The notes under the pieces were generated by a model. It was given only the letters and a program-made list of their open reading frames with translations, made no database searches and was not told where the DNA came from. This document shows, in pieces, positions 29,612 through 39,200 of a stretch of DNA of 64,000 nucleotides. The stretch comes from a virus. The DNA is taken from positions 47,907-111,906 of IMG/VR virus record IMGVR_UViG_3300012971_000018, one strand, 5' to 3'. A program made the translations under genes and the position numbers. Every line of letters begins with the position of its first letter. Within the stretch, counting starts at the first letter, position 1.

Positions 29612-29989
29612 ATGATCTTTTCGAAACGGTCCCACGAAGGCTGTCTTATGATCGACCATCGGGCCTCGCCGGGCATTCCCCGCGCGAAGGCGATCGAGAT
29701 GGGGATGGACCCCGCTCTGGTCGGCGAGGGCAAGCTGTTCGAAACGGTTACGCTAGGGTGTAACCATTGTGGTGGTTGCTGGGTTAAGAACCCCGATCGC
29801 CAACGCGATCGGCACCACTGCGTAAAATGCGATCGGTATCTGTGTGACTGGTGTCACGCGGAAACCACGAAACCAGACTACGTACATCGGTCGTTCCAGG
29901 AACTTGTCGATATAGTGCGCAGCGGCAAGTTCATTATTGCTGGTGGTTACGCGCACGCTCCACTCCTCATCCCTTCTAATGGAGGATAG
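29612..29989 (+). CDS. Zn-binding hypothetical protein
   Basis: CNHC, CVKC and CDWC motifs. Confidence 0.65.
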   Translation: MIFSKRSHEGCLMIDHRASPGIPRAKAIEMGMDPALVGEGKLFETVTLGCNHCGGCWVKNPDRQRDRHHCVKCDRYLCDWCHAETTKPDYVHRSFQELVDIVRSGKFIIAGGYAHAPLLIPSNGG

Positions 29990-29992
29990 CAA

Positions 29993-30508
29993 ATGTCCAA
30001 GCGTGTATACGCCACTGGCGGGCAGACGTTCACTGCTGCGGCGACCGGTGGTGCGATTGCGAACAACACCTACATGGCGTTGTTCGGTGCGGCTTCGACC
30101 CAGCTAATCGACGTGCTCGAAGTCCTCGTATCCGGAATGGCGACCGCCTCGACGGTGGCGGCGATGCGGCTTGGTCGAGCTTCGACCATCCACTCGTCCG
30201 CGACTGCGCTGGCCTCGCCTTCTTCGGACGGCTTCGAATTCCCCAATGCGTCGGCGCTGTCGTCGTCGGTGGTGTCGTTCAACTCCGCCGTTACCGGCCC
30301 GACCCCGTCGGCGACCGTTACCGATGCGGGATTGAATCTGGGACTGAATCTTTTCGGTGGCATCCTGCGCTGGAACGCTGCGCCAACCCAGCAATGGCAA
30401 GTCATCGGCAACACCGCCCCTGGCGGCGAGAGCGTTCTGTGGAACTCCTCGACCCATGGCGGTTCGTCGGGCCTCGCCAACGCCCACCTGCTCTACGAGC
30501 CGTATTAG
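29993..30508 (+). CDS. Hypothetical virion-like protein (Ala/Ser/Thr/Gly-rich)
   Basis: GGAGG RBS; beta-rich composition. Confidence 0.6.
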   Translation: MSKRVYATGGQTFTAAATGGAIANNTYMALFGAASTQLIDVLEVLVSGMATASTVAAMRLGRASTIHSSATALASPSSDGFEFPNASALSSSVVSFNSAVTGPTPSATVTDAGLNLGLNLFGGILRWNAAPTQQWQVIGNTAPGGESVLWNSSTHGGSSGLANAHLLYEPY

Positions 30509-30519
30509 GACCGGTGGAC

Positions 30520-30551
30520 TAACTGTCGGGGGAGCAGTCCTCCGACAGTTA
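30520..30551 (+). terminator. Stem-loop
   Basis: TAACTGTCGGGGGA-GCAG-TCCTCCGACAGTTA inverted repeat (one G-U pair). Confidence 0.55.
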
Positions 30552-30570
30552 ACGTTTAGGGAAGCGTACC

Positions 30571-31455
30571 ATGCGACTAACCATGGTTATTGCGACGCGG
30601 GGGCGCCCTGCGCTGCTCGCCGAGACCGTGCGCCATACCGTACTCAACATGTCCAGGTCCTCGTCGGCGATGCTAATCTGTATCGACGACGACGACGGAC
30701 CGACGCTCGACAGTATTAGGTTATTGCCAAAGGACGATCGCATAGTCGTATCGGTTAAGCCGCGCGAGGACAGCCGCGGCGAGAAATACGACCGGGCGCT
30801 AACGGAAGCGCCGGCCGATGTCTACCTGCCGGCGGTCGATTGTGCGCCGATCCTAACACCGGCCTTCGACCAGATTATTATCAATGCCGCTCGCATCTTC
30901 CCGGATGGGATCGGGTGCGTCTATACCCCGATGGCGAACCAGTTCTTCCCCGGGCTCCAGGCGATAACGGCGCGCATGGTGCAGCACCTGGGGCATATCT
31001 ACAGCCACGACTATCCGTTCTGGTTCGTCGACCACGAGCTGGACGATATCGCGCGCATGGTCGGGCGCTACTGCGTCTGCCCTAATATTCATGTTGCCAG
31101 TGCTGGGCTGCGCCCGGCCAAGACGATCCGGATGCGCGACCTTGCATTCTGGGCGAGCTACTTCGATACTGCGACGCTCGCGCGCCGCACCGCGGCCAGC
31201 CAAATCCTTAATGCCCCCGACTTCGAGGAGACGGAGTGGCGCAAGGTAGTTATGGCGAATTGGTTCCATGTTGTCGAAGCCCGCACCCATGGCATAATCG
31301 CGAACCTGCACCAGAACGCCAAAGCGATCGAAGCCGAGCGCGGCGAGAGCGGCCCTCCGGACGAAGGCTATCTCCGCATTAAGGCGCTGGCCGAGACGAA
31401 GATGGAGGGGATGCTGGCCGTCCAGAAGGTCGTCCGGGGTATGGATGGTGCATGA
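30571..31455 (+). CDS. GT2/GT-A-like glycosyltransferase
   Basis: MVIATRGRP, ICIDDDD, YPFWFVDHEL. Confidence 0.65.
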   Translation: MRLTMVIATRGRPALLAETVRHTVLNMSRSSSAMLICIDDDDGPTLDSIRLLPKDDRIVVSVKPREDSRGEKYDRALTEAPADVYLPAVDCAPILTPAFDQIIINAARIFPDGIGCVYTPMANQFFPGLQAITARMVQHLGHIYSHDYPFWFVDHELDDIARMVGRYCVCPNIHVASAGLRPAKTIRMRDLAFWASYFDTATLARRTAASQILNAPDFEETEWRKVVMANWFHVVEARTHGIIANLHQNAKAIEAERGESGPPDEGYLRIKALAETKMEGMLAVQKVVRGMDGA

Positions 31456-32126
31456 AGGTAATGTTCGCTACGCCGTGCTATGGGTCGCAGGTAGGAATGA
31501 ACTACCTGGCATCGATGTTTAGCCTGGCGCTCGACGCCCAACTCGAAGGTCTCGACTGCGTGCTCTATACGCATAGCGAGAGCCTAATAACGCGTGCCCG
31601 CAACCGGATGCTGGCGACGTTCCTGGAGCGCAAGGATTGCACCCATCTGTTCTGGATCGACGCCGACGTCTCGTTCCGCCCGCGCAATGTGTTTAAGCTG
31701 TTGGCATACAATCTCGACGTCGTTGCCGCCGTTCCGCCGCTAAAGGCGCCGGGCGATACCCAGTACCCGGTAAAGCTGGTCGGCCCGCGGGTCGGCGATC
31801 TGGTCGAGGCTATCGAAGCCCCGACGGGCTTTATGGCGATAAAGCGCGACGTGTTCGATAAGATGGCCGAAGCGTATCCCGGGCTTGGTAGTTGGGTCGA
31901 GGAGCCGGACGGCAGCAAGCGTGGGATTTGGCGCTTCTTCGATACGATGGTCGAGCCGGACCCAAAGTCCCCGCACTTTTCCCGCTACCTTTCCGAGGAC
32001 TATGCATTCTGTCGGCGCTGGCGCGATGCTGGGGGCAAGATATATGTTGACGTCGAATGTCGGTTGGGGCATCTAGGCCAGCGTATGTACGAAGGCGAGT
32101 TGGGGGATAGCCTGCGTGGCGACTAA
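31452..32126 (+). CDS. GT-A fold glycosyltransferase-like protein
   Basis: ATPCYG, ESLITRARN, FWIDAD (DxD), TGFM, LSEDYAFCRRW, LGHLG. Confidence 0.8.
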   Translation: MKVMFATPCYGSQVGMNYLASMFSLALDAQLEGLDCVLYTHSESLITRARNRMLATFLERKDCTHLFWIDADVSFRPRNVFKLLAYNLDVVAAVPPLKAPGDTQYPVKLVGPRVGDLVEAIEAPTGFMAIKRDVFDKMAEAYPGLGSWVEEPDGSKRGIWRFFDTMVEPDPKSPHFSRYLSEDYAFCRRWRDAGGKIYVDVECRLGHLGQRMYEGELGDSLRGD

Positions 32127-32799
32127 CATCCCATCCGTTGCCGAGCGCGCCAAGCTGTTCCGGATTTGGGAAGCCTACGACCAGTCGCTCCCGCCGTTTG
32201 CTCCGACCAAGAAGATGGTCGTCGGTTATCTGCGCCTTCCGTCGGATGCCGCCGCTATCGTCGAGCGCGCGCCGGAAGTCCGGTTTGTGTCGGGCCTAAC
32301 CCTGCCTGGATGGGTAACGGTGGAATTTAATGCGGACGAGGAAAGGGTATTCAACGATACCAGCACCTTCCGCATAATTAACGGACCGCTCGAAGACCTG
32401 CTAACCGAATGCGTGCGGCAACTGCGCGATCCGGTTACGGCCTATCTGGAGAGCTGCTGGCGTATATTGAACGTCCGGGTGTGGACGACCCCGCCGCATT
32501 CGACGATTTCGCAGATGTACAGTTGGCACATGGACGGAATGCCGGACCAGATATTTAAGATTATGGTCTACTTTACGCCGATGGACGCGGCCCACGGTGG
32601 CCTGGAGACGCTTAAGGGTCCGCTGCTCGGCCCGGCCGGGACGTGGGTGCTGTTCTGGAATTCCAAGATCGACCACCGAGGCAAGGCCGGCGCCAGCCGT
32701 ATCCGGGCTTCGGCCGAGATTACCCTGTGCCGATCTGTGCGGTACGATCTCGTGCTGCACCAGCCCGGAATTAATGCCCACTGGCCCGAGAGACCATGA
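32116..32799 (+). CDS. 2OG-Fe(II) dioxygenase-like protein
   Basis: WHMD (HxD), FKIMVY, GG, distal HRG and R. Confidence 0.65.
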   Translation: MATNIPSVAERAKLFRIWEAYDQSLPPFAPTKKMVVGYLRLPSDAAAIVERAPEVRFVSGLTLPGWVTVEFNADEERVFNDTSTFRIINGPLEDLLTECVRQLRDPVTAYLESCWRILNVRVWTTPPHSTISQMYSWHMDGMPDQIFKIMVYFTPMDAAHGGLETLKGPLLGPAGTWVLFWNSKIDHRGKAGASRIRASAEITLCRSVRYDLVLHQPGINAHWPERP

Positions 32800-33560
32800 T
32801 CCATTCGCTAAACATAGGCGGCGGCCCGGGATTTAGAGCCGACGGCTGGCTTAACCTCGACGAGATGCAGAATGTCGCAGGCGAGGGTTTTATATTCGAC
32901 GCTACTTGCATCGTACCGCTCGCCGACAAATCGGTGCGGTTGGTCTACAGCTCCCATACGCTGGAGCATCTAGACGATCCCACGGTTGCACGCTTGCTGG
33001 AGGAGAGCCACCGTGTCCTTGCACCGGATGGCACATTGGTCATAAAGATACCCGACTTCGACGCACTGCTGGCGGCGTATCGCAATGATGACTTCGCCTA
33101 TTTGGACCTGCCGCTGTGGAACATGCCCGCGGTGGTTAACACGCTGGCCAATCGTGGCATGGTCGACTCGATCGCGACGCGGACGGCGTGGCTGTTCTGT
33201 GGCTGGTGGAACCGGGAATTCGGCCATCTGTTCGGCAATTACAGTCCGTACCGGCCCGGGGCCTACAATGGGCCACCCGTGCTAACCCAGGACAGGCTAA
33301 AGGGCATTCTCGCAATGTATTCGCCACACGACATCGCCGCGCGATTGCGGGAGCATGTCGTGGCCAAAGAGAAGCACTATACGTTTAACCACCAGAATGC
33401 CTGGAGCCGCAAGGAGTTTATAACGTTGTTGCAGGACCACGACTTTATCTGGACCTGCGACGACAAGGACTGGGTAATCGCGAGCCAGAGCGCCATCCCC
33501 GGGATCGAGGAAATGCGTAACATAAGCTACTACGTACAAGCGAGGAAAGGTCATGGGTGA
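32796..33560 (+). CDS. SAM-dependent methyltransferase
   Basis: LNIGGG, GWLNLD, VYSSHTLEHL, RVLAPDG.L.IKIPD. Confidence 0.8.
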   Translation: MIHSLNIGGGPGFRADGWLNLDEMQNVAGEGFIFDATCIVPLADKSVRLVYSSHTLEHLDDPTVARLLEESHRVLAPDGTLVIKIPDFDALLAAYRNDDFAYLDLPLWNMPAVVNTLANRGMVDSIATRTAWLFCGWWNREFGHLFGNYSPYRPGAYNGPPVLTQDRLKGILAMYSPHDIAARLREHVVAKEKHYTFNHQNAWSRKEFITLLQDHDFIWTCDDKDWVIASQSAIPGIEEMRNISYYVQARKGHG

Positions 33561-34692
33561 GTTAATAGGACTGGTTGGTAAGCCGCCGTCGCTGCGGAAC
33601 GTCTACGGCAATGCCGAGGTAATTGAGTTCCTGGAGAAATGGCTAAAGGCCGCGAAGCTCGGCAACATTAACTACGTTGCGCTAACTGCGACCTTGCCCC
33701 CCGATATTGCAATTAACGACTTTGCCGGCTCGATCGAGGGCGAGGAGAACGTCCTCGAAGCCATTATCGAGGGTCTGGTCCCGTTAATCCGGGAGTCACT
33801 TGCCAAGAAGGAACCGCCCCCGCAGGACGACGAGCTAAATGCCAGCTATCTAAGCTATCCGGTAACCAAGCTCTCGGTCGGCTTCGACTTTATCTTTAGC
33901 CTCGTTGCGCAGAAGATGGTCTGCAAGCGGGAAGGCATTGCCGGTCCGGTACGGATCGGCTTCTGGGCCGGCAAGTCCGGCACGATGGGGGTCGAGGGCG
34001 GTTACCGCAAGGGAATGTTCGACAACGTGGTTAAGCCGCTGCTGCCGATGTTCGGTGTGCTGGAGGACGAGCGCGCGATCTACGGCCACCGCTTCCACAA
34101 GTACGACTTCCGGCTGCGGGAGATCGTCGAGGCGTCGCTGGCCGGCGAGAAGGTGCCGACCTATATCCCGTCCGCGGCAGCTATGAACGCCGTTAACGAG
34201 ACCGTCGGGCCGGAAGACCCGATCGTCATAACGCTGCGCGAGAGCGATGCTTGGTCCCACCGCAATACGAACAACGATGCCTGGATTGCGTTTGCCAAAG
34301 ACCGCGAGCGCGAGGGCTACCCGGTCGTCTTCGTGCGCGATACCGCGAAGTACTCCGAGCCATTGGCCAACATGGCGACCTACCCCGCGGCTTCGCTGTC
34401 GCTGCCGATCCGCGCTGCACTCTACGAGCGCGCCCGGGTTAACTTCTTCGTCGGCAACGGTCCTTGCGATCTCGCCCTGTTTGGCTCGCGTCCCTGGATA
34501 CGCATCCAGCGCTACGACAAGGGGAGCCAGCACGAGGTCGAGAACGAGCGGTGGTGGAAGGCGATCGGGCTGGAGCCGGGGACCCAGATGCCCTGGTGCT
34601 CGGACGAGCAGAGGATTATCCTTGGCACCGACGACTACCGGACGATCTCGCAGGCTTGGGAAGAGCTAACCCGGCCGCGCATTCTCTCTTAG
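33553..34692 (+). CDS. Hypothetical protein, possible glycosyltransferase-like C-terminus
   Basis: ITLRE...HRN, RAALYE.A..NFFVGNGP; operon context. Confidence 0.5.
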   Translation: MGELIGLVGKPPSLRNVYGNAEVIEFLEKWLKAAKLGNINYVALTATLPPDIAINDFAGSIEGEENVLEAIIEGLVPLIRESLAKKEPPPQDDELNASYLSYPVTKLSVGFDFIFSLVAQKMVCKREGIAGPVRIGFWAGKSGTMGVEGGYRKGMFDNVVKPLLPMFGVLEDERAIYGHRFHKYDFRLREIVEASLAGEKVPTYIPSAAAMNAVNETVGPEDPIVITLRESDAWSHRNTNNDAWIAFAKDREREGYPVVFVRDTAKYSEPLANMATYPAASLSLPIRAALYERARVNFFVGNGPCDLALFGSRPWIRIQRYDKGSQHEVENERWWKAIGLEPGTQMPWCSDEQRIILGTDDYRTISQAWEELTRPRILS

Positions 34693-34718
34693 AGAGGCTG
34701 GAGCAGGGAGGCAATGCC

Positions 34719-35033
34719 ATGGCGGCCACATTTTCCCAACTGGGCGAGATCGCCGGCCATCCAGATTTTATACGGCGTGTTAACGTCGCTATGAACAATG
34801 CTGCGCTCAATGTCTACAACGAGTCGAGTACCACACCTGGGCACCAGGCACGCGCGTCGTTTGCGACTAAGGTCGTCAATGGCCAGTATAATCTGGAAGC
34901 CGCAGTTTATGGCATTTTAACCGGAACCGCGATTATTAACGAGGCCAATCCAGCCATTCCTGGGGACGGCATCGCGGACGCCGACATATCGACCGAAGTC
35001 GCGGCAGCCTGGAACGTGTTCGCGGGAGCATAA
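34719..35033 (+). CDS. Hypothetical virion protein
   Basis: GGAGG RBS; coupled to downstream structural-like genes. Confidence 0.55.
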   Translation: MAATFSQLGEIAGHPDFIRRVNVAMNNAALNVYNESSTTPGHQARASFATKVVNGQYNLEAAVYGILTGTAIINEANPAIPGDGIADADISTEVAAAWNVFAGA

Positions 35034-35036
35034 GCC

Positions 35037-35486
35037 GTGGCAAATATCGGCAAATGGAATGCACCTAGTGCTACCCTTACGGTGCTCTCGACCGGGCTTA
35101 ATTCGCTCGCCAACAATACCATGTCGGCGGCTTCCTCGAACATTGCAAACCAGACCAATCTCGACATCTATGTGGACATCGAAATTGCTCTTGCCTCGTT
35201 GTCGCCGACCTCCGGTGCATATGTGGCGCTTTACATTCTAGAGGCGGTAGATGGTTCCAACTTTCCGGCACAGTCCGACGCCGATCTCCGACTAACCGGC
35301 ACGCAGTTGTTGTGTGTTGTGCCAATAGGCACAACTGCCAGCACGGCGCAGCGGGTTGCCGTGCGCAACGTCGTAATCCCGCCCGGCCTGTTCCAGATTA
35401 AGCTCGATAACCAGACTGGCGTGTCGCTTAACGCCAGCACCAATACAGTTAAGTTTAACGCCTACAACGTAAACCTCAATGGCTAG
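35037..35486 (+). CDS. Hypothetical virion protein
   Basis: LNSLANN...VDGSNF...NQTGVSL beta-rich pattern. Confidence 0.6.
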   Translation: MANIGKWNAPSATLTVLSTGLNSLANNTMSAASSNIANQTNLDIYVDIEIALASLSPTSGAYVALYILEAVDGSNFPAQSDADLRLTGTQLLCVVPIGTTASTAQRVAVRNVVIPPGLFQIKLDNQTGVSLNASTNTVKFNAYNVNLNG

Positions 35487-36246
35487 AAATTTCAACGGCA
35501 CGAGCGACGTTATCGATATCGGCACGCCAGCTCCGCTGAACATCTCTGCCAACTCCCAGATCGCTGTTTCGGTGTGGATGAATCCGACAGCCCAGCCTTC
35601 GTCGGGCTCCGATGCTGACATTTCTGGCAAGGGGTTTGATGGGACCACCACATCCTATGAAATGAAAATTTCGGGTTCTGGGGCAGGAAACCTTATTTTC
35701 TTCGGTTCATTTTCTGGTGGCGGTCACGGCGCAGGCAGTGGTGGTCTCGCTACAACAAATGGGGTTTGGACCCATCTCTACGGTGATTACGATGGCGCCA
35801 CTTGGCATCTGTATGTCAATGGCATCTTGCAAGGCAGTTCGACCGACGCCATCGGCCCGCAGAACAATACGATGCGCAGCAGTATCGGCGCGCTGTGGCT
35901 GAACGGCTCGTTTGGCAACTGGTTCAATGGTCGTGTTGCACATCGCTGCGAGTGGAACCAGGCGCTGACCGCACCGGAAGTCAAGCAACTCGCGCTCGGG
36001 CGTTCGCCGTTGACGATCCGCCCAGGTCGTATACTCGGCTACTGGCCGCTGTCCATGGGATATGGACAGCCGGCGATCGACCGCGGTCCGTTCAATCTTG
36101 GTAGTGGTACCATTACTGGAACCAAGCTCGCGCCTGATCCGCCGCTCACTACAATTAGTCAGATTAACTTGCTCGATTTGGAAGCACCATTTCCATTTGT
36201 TATGGTAGCGCCACCGGCGCTTTTGATGGCCCAAATCGTGCTCTAA
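35479..36246 (+). CDS. LamG/concanavalin A-like lectin domain protein
   Basis: FNGTSD, SVWMNP, WTHL...YDG....LYVNG, FNGRV, WNQALT..EV..L, GYWPL. Confidence 0.85.
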   Translation: MARNFNGTSDVIDIGTPAPLNISANSQIAVSVWMNPTAQPSSGSDADISGKGFDGTTTSYEMKISGSGAGNLIFFGSFSGGGHGAGSGGLATTNGVWTHLYGDYDGATWHLYVNGILQGSSTDAIGPQNNTMRSSIGALWLNGSFGNWFNGRVAHRCEWNQALTAPEVKQLALGRSPLTIRPGRILGYWPLSMGYGQPAIDRGPFNLGSGTITGTKLAPDPPLTTISQINLLDLEAPFPFVMVAPPALLMAQIVL

Positions 36247-36247
36247 C

Positions 36248-39200
36248 GTGGCCAACATATTTAGAGGTCCACTTTATGTAAAAACCTGGTGGCCGGAGCT
36301 ACAACCACCAGACAATAGCCTGCGCACATGGACGGCTAATTATACATTGGCGCTGTTCGCGCCTCCTCCCCCGGTCGTCAGTCCGCAAACTGTCCGCGCC
36401 CCGCTGTACATAAAGGTTCGCTGGCCGGAGTACGAAGATAATCTGCGGTCTTGGACGTGGAAGTACATTCCGGAACTTATTGGCAGGGATAGGCTGCCGA
36501 CCGGCAAGCAAGTCTACGATCTCCCGCCGGTCGCCAAGTACACGCGACAAGTTGATCTAAATACCTGGACTTGGAAATACAACAATCTTCTAATTGGCAG
36601 GGATAGGCTGCCGACCGGAAAGCAGTCTTATGAGCTGCCGCCGGTCGCCAAGTACACGCGACAAGTTGATCTAAATACCTGGACTTGGACATACAACAAT
36701 CTTCTAATTGGCAGGGATAGGCTCCCGACCGGAAAGCAGTACACCGACCGTCCGCCGCCGGTTTATTGGTACCAGACCTGGACCCTAAACCTGCTGCAAG
36801 GCACGTTGTCGATTACGCCGGTCTTCCCGTTTGTACAAACCGATTGGCCACTACCCCGTGCTCCACAACAAGCTGCGCCGTCCTGGACTTGGTCCTACAA
36901 CTTAAATCTGGTTGGTAAAGACCAGCTTCCGGTTGGCGACCAGTTCTTCGACACTGCGAAAGGTCCAATACAGCCCGATCGCGGCTTTACGTTTACATTC
37001 CCGCGCGAGCTTATCGGGCAAGACCAGCTTCCACCCGGCGAGAACGTCTTCGATCCGCCGCCACCGCCACCGCCGATACCCACACTAAGGACGTGGGTCT
37101 ATTCGGCGCTTCTGCTCCTTACGGCGGTCGGCCTGCCCCCGGGACAGCAAAGCACCGATCGGCCGCAGATTGCGCCGCCATGGCGTCCGGAAACGGTCCA
37201 GCAGAACGTTCTCCAGAGCGTTCTCGCTCCGCTGCCCCCCGGCAAGCAGAGTGTCGATCTCCCGCCACGCGACCCACGCGAGGTGCGGACCTGGACGTGG
37301 TCCTATCCGCTGGAGCTAATCGGGCAAGACCAGCTTCCGGTTGGGGAAAATGTATTCGATCTAACGCCGACAGGGCCTCCAAAGGAGTGGCCGAGATATT
37401 GGAGTTGGAGCTATAACTTAAATCTAGTCGGCCAGGACCGGTTCCCGGCCGGTAAGGCGGTCTACGACCGCCCGCCGATCGGTCCAGTCCCGATCCCGCA
37501 GAGCTGGACGTGGTCCTATTCGCTGGAGCTAATAGGGCAGGACAAATTCCCGCCCGGCGAAAATCTATTTGACCTTACAGCGTCGCCGCTACGTCCGGGG
37601 TTAACGTGGACCGCTAGCCTTAACGTAGCTGCGCAGCCTGCGATCCCGCCCGGCGAGAACGTCTTCGACCAAACCCCGGTCGGCCCCGTCCCGATCCCGC
37701 AATCGTGGGCGCAGTCCTATCTTTTAACCCTTATTGGGCAGGACCGGCTACCGGTTGGCGAGAATGTCTTCGAGCTTCCCCCGCGGGACCCGCGCGAAGT
37801 CCGCTCGTGGACTTGGTCGTTTAATCTAAATCTTATCGGTAGGGACAGGCTTACCGCGGGCGCCCAGGTCTACGATCGGCCGCCGGTCGGACCCGTCCCG
37901 ATCCCGCAAAGCTGGACGTGGTCATATAACCTAAACTTAGTCGGCAAAGACCAGCTACCACCCGGCGAGAATGCTTTCGACCTATGGCCGGCCGGACCGC
38001 GACAGCCGGCGATTACGTGGACCTCCTTCGTTGCCGAAGGCGTCGAGGTCCAGCCGATCGGCAAGGCATCTTATGACCTTGCTCCGCGCGGCTATCCGCC
38101 CCAGGTCCCATCGTGGGCTTGGTGGTATTCGCTAGAGCTAACCGGGCAAGACAAGCTTCCGGTCGGCAAGGCGATCTACGACCTAACGCCGAAGGGTCCA
38201 CAGCCGCTACTCCAGGTCTGGACCGTAAGCGTTAATCTGGCCGAGACGATCGGCGCCCAAATCCCGCCCGGCGGGATAATCTACGACCTCGCTCGCGGAC
38301 CGCCTCCACTCGTTCCGTCCTGGGCGTGGTGGTACGCGCTGGAGCTAATCGGCCAGGACCAGCTTCCGGCCGGCAAGGCGGTCTACGATCTCCCGCCGCG
38401 CGCCGAAGACCCCTTCCCACGCTCGCTGCGATCGTGGACGTGGTCGTACCTGTTAGAGCTAATTGGACAAGACGTCCTGCCCCCGGGTGAGAACGTCTTC
38501 GATCTAACGCCGAAAGGCCCGGCGCCGCTTCTACAGGTCTGGACGCAGAGCCTTTACGTCGTAGCGGTAACGCCGCCGCCACTCCCGCCCGGCGCAAATG
38601 TCTACGACCTCGCCCGTGGCCCGGCCCCGCTAGTCCCATCGTGGACTTGGTCTTATTCATTAGAGCTAATCGGAAAGGACCAGCTACCCGCCGGCAAGGC
38701 GATCTACGACCTAGCGCGCGGCTATCCGCCCCAGGTCCCATCGTGGACTTGGTCCTATTCGTTGGTTCTCGTTGGCAAAGACCAGCTACCCACAGGTAAG
38801 CAGGTCTACGATCTCGCGCCGCGAGGCTACCCGCCACAAGTTCCGTCGTGGACGTGGTGGTACCCGCTAGAGCTAATCGGCAAGGACCGGCTACCCGCGG
38901 GTATGCAGGTCTACGACCTCGCTCCGGTCGGACCGTTCCAGCCTGCTCGTGGCTATGCCGCGTTCTTCCCGCGCGTCCTTATCGGACAGGACCAGCTTCC
39001 ACCCGGCGAAGACGTCTTCGATCTCGCCCGTGGACCACCTCCACTCGTTCCGTCGTGGACGTGGTTTAGTACCCAGGCCGCGGCTGTCGTCGCTCCGGTC
39101 GGCGTTGCGGTAACAGACCTCCCGCGGGCACCGCAGCAGCCGGCGCTCGGGCAGACCTCGTCGTTCCCGCTCGAATTGGTCGGGCAAGACCAGCTACCGG

